Assembly: GCA_963825565.1 (NCBI GenBank)
Contig: CAWGTW010000014.1
Coordinates: forward strand, 23,408-87,407
Direction: 5' to 3'
DNA length: 64,000 nucleotides
Source: Ilumatobacteraceae bacterium
Lineage (GTDB): Bacteria > Actinomycetota > Acidimicrobiia > Acidimicrobiales > Ilumatobacteraceae
Position numbers and translations under genes: made by a program. Below the pieces are notes generated by a model. It did not search any database. It was not told where the DNA came from and worked only from the letters and a program-made list of their open reading frames with translations. Every line of letters begins with the position of its first letter. The stretch's first letter is position 1. Shown one piece after another: positions 39,158 to 47,998 of the stretch.

Positions 39158-39985
39158 TCAACGACGTCGGCGCGCCGTGACCATGATCGAACCCGCCAGC
39201 GCCACGAGCGGCGCGATGGGTTGGAGGATGACGCCGATCCCGATGTCGCCACCACCCAGGTCATCGCTCACGATGGCCAACATCGCGAGACCGATCACCA
39301 AGGCGATCACCGATGTCACGATCGCCAGGATCGCGACGGCGAGCACGCGCCCGGCGAGGAACAGCGCGATGCCGAGACCGCCGAGCACGACGGAGGCCAG
39401 GATGACGAGAACGCCCGGTCCGTCGATGATCTCGAAATCGGACGACAGGAACTGATCGGTGCCGCTGCGGGTGAAGCCACCATCGCTCAGCCACGGCAGG
39501 TAGACGCCGACGATCGCGACGATCGCTCCGACGACGATCAGACTCGCGCCGGCCTTGACCGCGGGCCGCGCCGGCTTGCTCCCGGGCACCGGCTGATCGC
39601 CGGGTGGGGGCTCGGTCGCGTCGACGAACGCGGGTGAGGGCGACGCCGCGGGCGCGACGGGTGACGGCGACGGTGACGGTGGTGGTGGTGGCGGTGACGG
39701 TGGTGGTGGCGGTGACGGTGGCGGTGGTGGTGGCGGCGGAGGCGGCGGTTGCGATCCCGCGACGTCGTTGTCGGCCCCCGCCGTCGGCGGGTCGATGTGT
39801 CGCGCCGTGAAGTAGGCCGAGCCGAGTCCCGTCAGCGAATCGACGGTGACGCCCTCGTGGCTCTCGACCACTGCGCCGTCGGCGTGCACCTGGATGTCGA
39901 AGGTGGGGTCGTCGGACGAGTCGTCCAGGTAGATCGTGACCCCTTCCGCCGGGGTGATCTCGTATGCATTCGGCCCGTCCGCCAT
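39158..39985 (-). CDS. membrane protein with an N-terminal soluble domain, a long poly-proline linker and four C-terminal TM helices
   Basis: 275 aa. Has the tract QPPPPPPPPPPPSPPPPPSPPPPPPSPSPSP, followed by a hydrophobic C-terminal half. Confidence 0.6.
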   Translation of the reverse strand: MADGPNAYEITPAEGVTIYLDDSSDDPTFDIQVHADGAVVESHEGVTVDSLTGLGSAYFTARHIDPPTAGADNDVAGSQPPPPPPPPPPPSPPPPPSPPPPPPSPSPSPVAPAASPSPAFVDATEPPPGDQPVPGSKPARPAVKAGASLIVVGAIVAIVGVYLPWLSDGGFTRSGTDQFLSSDFEIIDGPGVLVILASVVLGGLGIALFLAGRVLAVAILAIVTSVIALVIGLAMLAIVSDDLGGGDIGIGVILQPIAPLVALAGSIMVTARRRR

Positions 39986-40044
39986 GTTGGCCTGTCTCCT
40001 CCGTCGAAAAGGCGAACTCTAACGGTCCGGCTCGTCGCCCGCTG

Positions 40045-40638
40045 TCAACCGAGCGCGTTCACGAGGGCGGCGGCGAGGGCTTCCTGGGCGGGTCGAGCGT
40101 CGTAGTTGCCGAACGCGAATTGGTTGCCGACGCGAAAGCTCAGGTCGTCGAGTGAGACCCAGACCTCACCGAGCGCCTCGCTGCCGATGTACAGCGCACC
40201 GGACCCCAAGCCTGCGATCTCCTCGCCCTCGAGCCCTTGATCGATCGCGTCTTGTTGAAAGGCGAACTGCTCGGGCGGGAACGGCTGCCAGGTGATCGCA
40301 TCGTCGGCGATGATGTCGGGGTCGACGTTGTCGACGAACCACGCGCAGCCGATCGGGCCTTGGTCCTCGGTGCCTCTCACCGTCAAGCCCGTCGCAGCCG
40401 ACACCTCGGCCTCGGTGAGGACGGCGCACGGGTTGACGAACCCGCCGAACTCATCCCGTCCGAATTCCCCGGAGGCAGGATCGCCCGCCCGACCGCTGTC
40501 GGGTTGTGCACCGGGTTCGTCGACGTCGGTCGCGGCTGCAACCGGTTCGCTGGCAGCCGGCGGAGCACCGATCTCATCGTCGCTGCACCCGACGAGCACG
40601 GTGACCGCGGCCACGAGCATCAAACGTCGGCGACCCAT
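40045..40638 (-). CDS. hypothetical lipoprotein (DUF3558-like)
   Basis: Lipobox LVGCSDD. NPCAVLTEAEVSAATGL...GPIGCAWF pattern. Confidence 0.55.
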   Translation of the reverse strand: MGRRRLMLVAAVTVLVGCSDDEIGAPPAASEPVAAATDVDEPGAQPDSGRAGDPASGEFGRDEFGGFVNPCAVLTEAEVSAATGLTVRGTEDQGPIGCAWFVDNVDPDIIADDAITWQPFPPEQFAFQQDAIDQGLEGEEIAGLGSGALYIGSEALGEVWVSLDDLSFRVGNQFAFGNYDARPAQEALAAALVNALG

Positions 40639-40889
40639 CGCACGAGCGTAGACCTCCGACCGTGGGGTTCAGCGACGCCGGAGCGGCTCCGCGTCGAGCG
40701 TTGCGGGTTCCCCTCCGCGTGGCTCGGGCCGCCCGGTCTTGCGAGAGCTCGTCGATGGGTGACGCACCCATGTCGCGACCCGACCCGCGACGTCGGGCTT
40801 GACAGCTCCGCCGACGGGGCCCCACACTGGGCCGTCCTGACCGGGGGGTCGGGTCGGCCGACCGCCGGCAAACGAAATGGAGACACGTC

Positions 40890-41207
40890 ATGCCGCTTCA
40901 CGTCGGGAAGTTCGAACGGTATCCGTCGACCGATCGCGACGAGCTGGCGCTCGCAGCGCTCGAGTGGTGCCGAGCCGCACGCGAGTCGGACGGCGTCAAC
41001 GACAGCCGCTTCTACTGGATCGATCCCAACGAGATCGTCGTCGTCACCGACGCCGAACCCGGAGCCTGGGGGCCAGGATCCGGGGCCGAGCTGAGCTCCC
41101 GAGCAGCGAAGGCCGTGTTCGCATTGGCGGACCTGGCCCGCAACACCAGCAGCGAAACCTGGGCCGACGCCCGCGCCGGCACGGAGATGTTCGGACGCGC
41201 CCAATAG
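40890..41207 (+). CDS. hypothetical protein (105 aa)
   Basis: Protein-like composition and an isolated ORF. No family recognised. Confidence 0.4.
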   Translation: MPLHVGKFERYPSTDRDELALAALEWCRAARESDGVNDSRFYWIDPNEIVVVTDAEPGAWGPGSGAELSSRAAKAVFALADLARNTSSETWADARAGTEMFGRAQ

Positions 41208-41325
41208 CTGCAACCCCGGCCGAAGCATTCGGTCGAGGCACCCTCAGCGGCGTCTTCCGGCGAACCGCCAGGCCGAGGATCCGTCCGATCGCGGCGTCCA
41301 TCGGCTCAGCCCCCAAGCGGGGTGA

Positions 41326-43308
41326 TCACGGAACTCCCCGCACCGGCTGGCCCAGTTCGGCCAGCCAATCCTTCAGCACGAAGTGCAGCGCAGCAGGCCC
41401 CTCGATGACGCCGGCCGGCGGCGTGAGGTCGGCGGGGTGCAGCACGAACGGATGCGTCTGCGGCCCGCCCAGGCCCCCGTGGGAGCTGACCTGGTGCTCG
41501 AAGGCCGCCACCTCGTCGCGCTCCACGTCGTACAGGCTGTTCACCATCACGTCGGCCGCGTTGGCGTAGCCGGCGGCCTTGGTCACCATCACCACCGCCT
41601 CGGGACCGAACGGCCCCAGTGGGTCGTCGCCCTCGATCGCACCGCTGTCCAGGTTCCGTCGCCCCGACGCCCCGATCACCAGCGAGCCGTCGGCGGCCGA
41701 CCGCACCTGCACGAAGCCGACGCCGGGGTGTTCGACCAGCCCGGGCACCAGCTCGGGATAGGTCTGCTCGATCTCCTCCAGCGTGAGGCGGCGCTCGCCC
41801 TCGGGCAGATAGACCAGCCCGAGGTTCCCCGATGCCAGCACCGTGGGCTGCGCCTCCGCGGCGTGAGGGTCCTTGTTGCGCCCGCGGGCACTGCGGAACC
41901 AGGCCGACGACTCGGTCCTGCCCTCCTCGGAGTCGGCGTCGGCGTCACGAACGCTCCCGCACAACCGCCCGACCAGCTCGGCGAGCGACTGGCCGTAGCG
42001 CTCGTCGAACGTGGCACCCTGGGTCTGACCGTGATCGGACAGCACCACGATCCGGTACGGCCGGGGCGCCCAGCGAGCGGCGCGCTCGAAGCGAGCGATC
42101 TGGCGATCGATGTCGCGCAGGACGCGGAGCGTGTCCTCCCGCAAGGGACCCGAATGGTGCGACACCTCGTCGTAGCCGAGGAAGTCGATGTAGATCGCCG
42201 CCCGCCCCTCGGCCATGTCGTTGACCACGCCGTTGACGCACACGTCGCGACTGATGACGGTGGTGAACGCCCGCAGCAGCGCGTAGGTCCAGTTGCGGCT
42301 GACCCGGGGCTCGACGCCACGGCGGATCTGGTCGCGCGCCGCCCGCCGTTCGCGGAACACCTCCGAGATCGTCGCCACCAGCGTGCGGACAGCGTTCGAT
42401 GGCCGGGAGAAGTACCGGCCGTACCCGGCGCCGGCTCGGCCTTCCTTCTTCTTGCCGGCGACGCTCATCGTCAGCACGGCCCGCTCAGCGTCTCCGGTGA
42501 AGAGGTTGCCGTAGCTCGAGCCGTTGTACGCCAGGAGCCCGGCGCCGTCGCTGTGCCGACGCTCGATCTCGGCCGCCGACTTGGGGTGGTTGGAGACGAT
42601 CACCTCACCGGTCGCCTTCTCCACCCAGCGGAAGGCCGGCATGTCGTCGGTCGAGCCGTGGAGGATGCCGCACTGGCTGACGCCGGTCTGGGACGACCAC
42701 TCGGTCCGCCAGCCGATGAGGTGGTGCTGTCCGTCGTCGAGCCAGCGACGCAGCGTGGGCACGTCGCCCGACGCGAACGCGACCCGCAGCACCGGCTCGG
42801 ACAGTCCGTCGATCTGCGCGAACACCACTCCGGGAACGTCGGTCGTGGTCGCACCGCGCCGCCTGCGGGCGAGGCGGGCCATCCGCTCGTCGTACCAGGC
42901 GTCGTCGTCGAGGGACAGCGCCGTAGCCAGCAGCGTGCCGATCACGGTGGCGATCAAGGTCACGAGCAGCGCCGCCCCGAACCCGTCAAGGCGGACACCG
43001 GGCAGCTCGCTGAGCACGACCCAGGTGAACAGGGCATTCACGGCCAGATTGGCCACGCCGAGCGTGTACACCGAGAGCGGCACCAGCACGAACGACAGCG
43101 CCGGCCAGACGAACGCGTTGACCAGCCCCATCACCAGCCCGGCCAGCAGGGCGTCGCGGAACCGTGCGATCTCGAAGTCCGGCAACAGCCACGACGTGAC
43201 GAACAACGCAATCGCCACCAGCAGCGTGATCGAGAGGGTCCGTCCGATCAACTGACCAGGCGTCGGACGTTGACTCGCCGGGCGGAGTACTCCCGTCTGG
43301 CCCTTCAT
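41326..43308 (-). CDS. alkaline-phosphatase-superfamily (nucleotide pyrophosphatase/phosphodiesterase-like) protein with an N-terminal holin-like 4-TM domain
   Basis: The N-terminal 130 aa are hydrophobic. FAQIDGLS, FLGYDEVSHHSG and VVLSDHGQTQG are metal-site motifs. Confidence 0.8.
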   Translation of the reverse strand: MKGQTGVLRPASQRPTPGQLIGRTLSITLLVAIALFVTSWLLPDFEIARFRDALLAGLVMGLVNAFVWPALSFVLVPLSVYTLGVANLAVNALFTWVVLSELPGVRLDGFGAALLVTLIATVIGTLLATALSLDDDAWYDERMARLARRRRGATTTDVPGVVFAQIDGLSEPVLRVAFASGDVPTLRRWLDDGQHHLIGWRTEWSSQTGVSQCGILHGSTDDMPAFRWVEKATGEVIVSNHPKSAAEIERRHSDGAGLLAYNGSSYGNLFTGDAERAVLTMSVAGKKKEGRAGAGYGRYFSRPSNAVRTLVATISEVFRERRAARDQIRRGVEPRVSRNWTYALLRAFTTVISRDVCVNGVVNDMAEGRAAIYIDFLGYDEVSHHSGPLREDTLRVLRDIDRQIARFERAARWAPRPYRIVVLSDHGQTQGATFDERYGQSLAELVGRLCGSVRDADADSEEGRTESSAWFRSARGRNKDPHAAEAQPTVLASGNLGLVYLPEGERRLTLEEIEQTYPELVPGLVEHPGVGFVQVRSAADGSLVIGASGRRNLDSGAIEGDDPLGPFGPEAVVMVTKAAGYANAADVMVNSLYDVERDEVAAFEHQVSSHGGLGGPQTHPFVLHPADLTPPAGVIEGPAALHFVLKDWLAELGQPVRGVP

Positions 43309-43591
43309 CGCTTCGGCTCCCCGTTCATCGGACGTTCCGGCTGCAGGACTTCACCGCAAACAGGTAATCGTGGCGGTCGAGCCACTTCCAGCTCACGTAG
43401 CCCCAGAGCGGGGGAACGTAGTTGCTGACGAGCCGGGGCACCAACCCCGGCGGACACGGCGATGTCGCCGTCGACGCCGACTGCGGTGAGCCCAGGGGTC
43501 AGACCGCTCGGTGATCGCAGGTACACCCGCCTGTCACCCGTCGGGCTGCCGCCTTCGTCTGTCTGATCGACGAGATCGACGGGAGACGCTG

Positions 43592-45145
43592 ATGAACCTT
43601 CGAACCCTGACACCGGTCCTGCTGTTCGGGATGTCGGCAGCGGCCTGCGGCGGGGACGACGGGGCGGCACCGACGACGCCGTCGTCGGTCGTTGCACCGA
43701 CGCTCGAGGCCGCATCGGCCAGTACGGGTTCCGACCGATTGCCCGTGATCGTCGACTACAGCCCGACGTCGTCCGACGTCGCCGCGTTGATGTACGTGAC
43801 GCAACACCCCGATGCCGACCTCCTCGCCGTCACGCTGGCCGGCACCGGTGAATCGCACTGCGACCAGGGAGTCGCCAACACACGCGCGCTCCTCGCTGCG
43901 GTGGGTCTGGCCGACGTACCGGTCGCGTGTGGCCAGGACCAGCCCGTCGGTGCCGGAAACGAATGGCCCGCCGACTGGAGAGCCGCCGCCGATCGGCTCG
44001 AGGGTCTCGACCTGCGAGCGACCGCCGGCGCTGACGACGGCGAGGACGCGGCCGACCTGCTCGCCTCGATCATCGCCGAGCGGGCGCCGGTCACGATCAT
44101 CGCCCTCGGCCCGCTGACCAACCTGGCGATCGCGATCGAGCGTCATCCCGAGCTCACACGACACGTTGCGGACGTGGTCACGATGGGCGGTGCGGTCGAT
44201 GTCGGCGGCAACGCGACCGACGGCATCGCGGAGTGGAACTACTTCATCGACCCGACCGCGGTCGACGTCGTACTCCGATCGGGGATGCCGGTCACGATGG
44301 TGCCGCTCGACGCGACCAACACGGTCCCCGTCACCGAGGAGTGGGTCGATGCGCTCGCCGGGCACCGGACGACCGTTGCGGCGAACGTCGTGCACGATCT
44401 GTTCGCGGCATCGCGCCCGTACGAGTTCGGGTTCTACTTCTGGGACGAGCTCGCGGCCGCCGCGGCGTTCGACGATCGCGTCGCGACCTTCGAGGAGGGG
44501 CCGATCGTCGTCGAGCTGGCCGGACCCGAGCAGGGACGGACCAGGATCGACCCCACCGGCGTGCCCGTCAAGATCGCGGTCGACGCCGACAGGTACCGCT
44601 TCGAGCGCGACCTGCTGGTGACGCTGAACGGTGGCACCGAACCACCCGAACTCCCGGCCGCCACCGAGGAGGAGATCGAGTACTTCCGGGCCGTCGAGGC
44701 AACGGCATTGGCGCTCGGCGTCGCGGTAGAGGACCTCTTCCAGACTCCGCTCGCCTTCGAAGTCGAGGAGATCGCCAATCGGGTACAGGCCGAGAGCACC
44801 GAGACCGTCGGCCTCACGCCTGCCGAGGAGGCGGCGTTGCGCGAGTTCTTCACGACCTTCTGGGCCGCCGCGTCCGACCACATCGCCGCACTCGGCGACG
44901 AGCTCCGCGCGATCGATCCCCCCGATTCCATCCGCGCCCCCCACGACGCATACGTCATCGCCGTCGACGACGTCGTCGACGACACGAGGAACAGGATCGC
45001 CGACATCCGCACGCGCGACGCAGCCGACCTCCTCACCATCCTCTGGGAGCCCGACGCGGCTGTCGAGGCGATGAACGCCGCATGTGAACTGCTCGGCGCG
45101 GAGGCGCGCGATCGAGGGATCGACGCCGAGACATGCCCGCAGTGA
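43592..45145 (+). CDS. nucleoside-hydrolase-like lipoprotein with a C-terminal extension
   Basis: Lipobox SAAACGG. LPVIVDYSPTSSDVAALMYV...LLAVTLAGTGES..., TIIALGPLTNLA and MGGAVDVGGN resemble the IU-nucleoside hydrolase fold. The DxDxxxDD motif is degenerate. Confidence 0.6.
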   Translation: MNLRTLTPVLLFGMSAAACGGDDGAAPTTPSSVVAPTLEAASASTGSDRLPVIVDYSPTSSDVAALMYVTQHPDADLLAVTLAGTGESHCDQGVANTRALLAAVGLADVPVACGQDQPVGAGNEWPADWRAAADRLEGLDLRATAGADDGEDAADLLASIIAERAPVTIIALGPLTNLAIAIERHPELTRHVADVVTMGGAVDVGGNATDGIAEWNYFIDPTAVDVVLRSGMPVTMVPLDATNTVPVTEEWVDALAGHRTTVAANVVHDLFAASRPYEFGFYFWDELAAAAAFDDRVATFEEGPIVVELAGPEQGRTRIDPTGVPVKIAVDADRYRFERDLLVTLNGGTEPPELPAATEEEIEYFRAVEATALALGVAVEDLFQTPLAFEVEEIANRVQAESTETVGLTPAEEAALREFFTTFWAAASDHIAALGDELRAIDPPDSIRAPHDAYVIAVDDVVDDTRNRIADIRTRDAADLLTILWEPDAAVEAMNAACELLGAEARDRGIDAETCPQ

Positions 45146-45377
45146 TGCGAACGCGAGCGCACGAAGCACCCCGACGGCCGGCCCGACGAGATGAACGACC
45201 GAGGCGCTCAACTCACCGGTTCGTGGCTCGACACCGTCGATGCCGCCCGGCGGCATCCAAGGTACCCGATTCGAGATGCCCTGCCCGGTGGTACTCCTCT
45301 CCGGATCGGAGTCGGATCCCAGGCATACTGTGTGGCCAACCTTTCAACGATCGACCTGGTCAGGAGCCGCAGTGACA

Positions 45378-45641
45378 ATGAACGAGATGGGGCCGGGAGA
45401 GGCCGACAAGTCGAAAGCGGGGCTGAGCGGAGGTGCGATCGCGATGCTGTCCGGCGGCGGCATCCTCGCCGTGTTCATGGCCCAGAACACCGAGGACGTG
45501 AAGGTGCAGTTCCTCGCTTGGGACTTCACGTGGCCGGTGTGGCTCCTGACGCTCGGCTCGGCACTGCTGGGCGCGCTGATCTGGTTCGGCGCCGGAGTGA
45601 TGCGACGTCATCGCCGTCGCAAGGCTCGCCGAGCAGACTGA
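45378..45641 (+). CDS. LapA/DUF1049-family small membrane protein
   Basis: Two TM helices and a basic tail (VMRRHRRRKARRAD). VKVQFLAWDFTWPVWLL pattern. Alternative start at GTG 45372. Confidence 0.6.
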   Translation: MNEMGPGEADKSKAGLSGGAIAMLSGGGILAVFMAQNTEDVKVQFLAWDFTWPVWLLTLGSALLGALIWFGAGVMRRHRRRKARRAD

Positions 45642-45671
45642 CCCGGGTCATCCCACCCCTCGGATGGCGTG

Positions 45672-46724
45672 TCAGGAGTTGGCCGACGCGGCCGAGGTGA
45701 ACTCGCCGTCCAGCCAACCGCGTGCGGCGGCCAGATGGAGGACGGTCGGCACGTCGATCACCAGGGGACCGTCGGCGAGCAGCGTCACGATCGGCGCCTC
45801 ACCGTCCAGGATGACCTCGCGCTCGCCGTCGAGCGCGAGCACTCCCGAGCTCGACTGCAACGTGAGCTCCTCGCCAAGGGCGAGCGTGCTCGCAGTCACC
45901 AGATCCACCGATCGGACCAGACCGGGGGCAATCGGTGCGAGCACCCGACGGCCGGCAGGACCGAACGTGAGATGGCGGCCGGCGGCGTCGTCGCGAGCAC
46001 ACGGGCACACGGCGGCGGCGATCGCCGAGAGGCCGATCGCTCCCGGCTCCGCGATCGTGACCACCAGTTCCCGCAGCGCGGACGGATGCCAGATCGCCCG
46101 GGCACCGACGCCGGGCGCGTCGACGACGGCGGCATCGACCAAGGCCAGATCGATGCGGTCCCCGATCCGGACGTCCAGACGTTTGGCCCGCCGACAACCG
46201 TCCCCGATCGAGCATCGCCCGTCCGCGACCAACCCAACGGCGATCCCGGCCACGGTCGCATCGGTCATGACTCCGAACGCATTGTTCGTTCCCGTGGACA
46301 GCGCGAGGAGCGGGGTGTCGCCGGCCACGGAGGCCACCGCTCGCGCCGTGCCGTCGCCACCGAGCACCACGATCGCACCGACGCCGGCGCCGTTCATCGC
46401 AATCGTCGCGGTCCGGGTGTCGTCGGCCGTCTGACGGACGTCCATGCCCACGAAGTCGACGTCCGGCCAGATGCCATCGCGATCGACCCGATGATGCTCG
46501 ACAGCGCGCTCGATCCCGAGCGACAGGCCGGACCCGTCGGGCATCGCCAGCACCCGGTCGACACCGCTCGCGCCGAGCCCCGCGAGCAGTCGTCGCACGA
46601 TGTTGACCTTCTCGATGTTGGTGGCGATCGACGCGCCCGAGATGAGGCGCCGCAGATCGTGGCCCGACGCCGGGTTGGCGATCAGGCCAACGCAGCAGCG
46701 CGACTCGGTCGAGGCGCTCGTCAC
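45672..46724 (-). CDS. ATP-NAD kinase family protein (AcoX-like)
   Basis: 350 aa. VVLGGDGTARAV (GGDGT) and STGTNNAFG. It overlaps the upstream lipoyl-protein gene by 4 nt. Confidence 0.75.
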   Translation of the reverse strand: MTSASTESRCCVGLIANPASGHDLRRLISGASIATNIEKVNIVRRLLAGLGASGVDRVLAMPDGSGLSLGIERAVEHHRVDRDGIWPDVDFVGMDVRQTADDTRTATIAMNGAGVGAIVVLGGDGTARAVASVAGDTPLLALSTGTNNAFGVMTDATVAGIAVGLVADGRCSIGDGCRRAKRLDVRIGDRIDLALVDAAVVDAPGVGARAIWHPSALRELVVTIAEPGAIGLSAIAAAVCPCARDDAAGRHLTFGPAGRRVLAPIAPGLVRSVDLVTASTLALGEELTLQSSSGVLALDGEREVILDGEAPIVTLLADGPLVIDVPTVLHLAAARGWLDGEFTSAASANS

Positions 46725-46960
46725 TCGATGACGGCGATCACGGCGCCCTGATGGCTGACCGCCTCCTCGGCGACGACGTGCCTGAGCACGCCCGAGGTCG
46801 GAGCCTCGACATCGGCCGACACCTTGTCGACCTGCACCTCGGCGATGAGCTGGCCCGCGGTGACGGTCTCGCCGTCTCGGGCGAACCAGGTGCCGATGAC
46901 GCCCTCCCCGGTCGGGTCGTCCTGGGACATGACCGGGAAGACGACCTGGACGCTCACCAC
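46721..46960 (-). CDS. free-standing lipoyl (biotin/lipoyl attachment) domain protein, 79 aa
   Basis: GQLIAEVQVDKVSADVEAPTSGVL is a lipoyl-Lys motif. There is no acyltransferase domain. Confidence 0.8.
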   Translation of the reverse strand: MVSVQVVFPVMSQDDPTGEGVIGTWFARDGETVTAGQLIAEVQVDKVSADVEAPTSGVLRHVVAEEAVSHQGAVIAVIE

Positions 46961-46964
46961 TGCC

Positions 46965-47987
46965 TCACGCCATCAGCCGCGTGGCCTCGGCGACGATCTT
47001 GTCGGTCTTCGGGAGCACGAACGTCTCGAGCGGACGGGCGTACGGGATCGGGGTGTCGGGCACCGCGAGCCGGGCCACCGGCGCCTTCAGCATCGTGGGA
47101 TCGGTCTCGGCCACGATCGCGGCGATCTCGCCGGTCAGACCGAACGAGCGGTAGTCCTCGTCGACCACGAGCAGGCGACCGGTCTTGCCGACCGACTCCA
47201 GCACGGCCTGCCGGTCGAGCGGTACCAGGCTCCGCAGGTCGATCACCTCGGCGCTGATCCCGTCGCCGGCCAGCTGCTCGGCGGCGTCGAGCGCGTGGTG
47301 GACCGACAACGACAAGGTGACGATCGAGACGTCCGTCCCCTCCCGAGCCACCGCGGCCTCACCGATCGGCACCGTGTACGCCTCCTCGGGCACGACGTCG
47401 ATCGCCCGGGGGTTTTTCGCCATCCAGACGAGTCCCATGATCCCCTTGTGGAACAGGTAGAGCACGGGATTGTCGTCACGGATCGCCGAGATCATCAGCC
47501 CCTTCGCGTCGTAGGGGTTCGACGGCACGACGACTTTCAGGCCGGGGAGATGAGCGAACGTGCCCCACAGGCACTGGGAGTGCTGGGCCGCATCGGAGTA
47601 GCCGCCGCCGACCGAGGACATCAGCACCATCGGCACCTTCACGGCGCCGCCCGACTCATAGTGGATCTTCGCCATGTGGTTGTAGATCTGGTCCATGCAG
47701 ACCCCGAAGAAGTCGATGAACATCAGCTCGACAACGGGGCGCATGCCCTCGGTGGCGGCGCCGATGCCGGCGCCGATGAACGCGGTCTCCGAGATCGGCG
47801 TGTCGATGATTCGCTCGGCGCCGAACTCATCGAGCAGGTCGCCGGTGGCGCCGAAGATGCCGCCGTAGGCAGCGACATCCTCGCCCATCACGAACACGGA
47901 ATCGTCGTTGCGCATCTCTTGGGCGATGCCTTCGGAGATCGCCTTGGCCGTCGAGAGACGGCGGGTCGGTGTGGCGGTGTCGGTCAT
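46965..47987 (-). CDS. acetoin/pyruvate-type 2-oxoacid dehydrogenase E1 beta subunit
   Basis: 340 aa. IIDTPISETAFIG, QHSQCLW, IDLRSLVPLD. Confidence 0.9.
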   Translation of the reverse strand: MTDTATPTRRLSTAKAISEGIAQEMRNDDSVFVMGEDVAAYGGIFGATGDLLDEFGAERIIDTPISETAFIGAGIGAATEGMRPVVELMFIDFFGVCMDQIYNHMAKIHYESGGAVKVPMVLMSSVGGGYSDAAQHSQCLWGTFAHLPGLKVVVPSNPYDAKGLMISAIRDDNPVLYLFHKGIMGLVWMAKNPRAIDVVPEEAYTVPIGEAAVAREGTDVSIVTLSLSVHHALDAAEQLAGDGISAEVIDLRSLVPLDRQAVLESVGKTGRLLVVDEDYRSFGLTGEIAAIVAETDPTMLKAPVARLAVPDTPIPYARPLETFVLPKTDKIVAEATRLMA

Positions 47988-47998
47988 GATCGGTCTCC

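Noticed and set aside
39640-39760. GGT/GGC-rich low-complexity DNA considered as a separate repeat element
   Set aside because: It is simply the complement of the CCN codons encoding the poly-proline linker of the minus-strand membrane protein.
43309-43591. 283-bp intergenic region inspected for a riboswitch or sRNA; also a 136-aa minus-strand ORF (43305..43715)
   Set aside because: I could not recognise any known riboswitch consensus by eye, and the ORF is Arg/Pro-rich. A covariance-model scan would be needed, so no claim is made.
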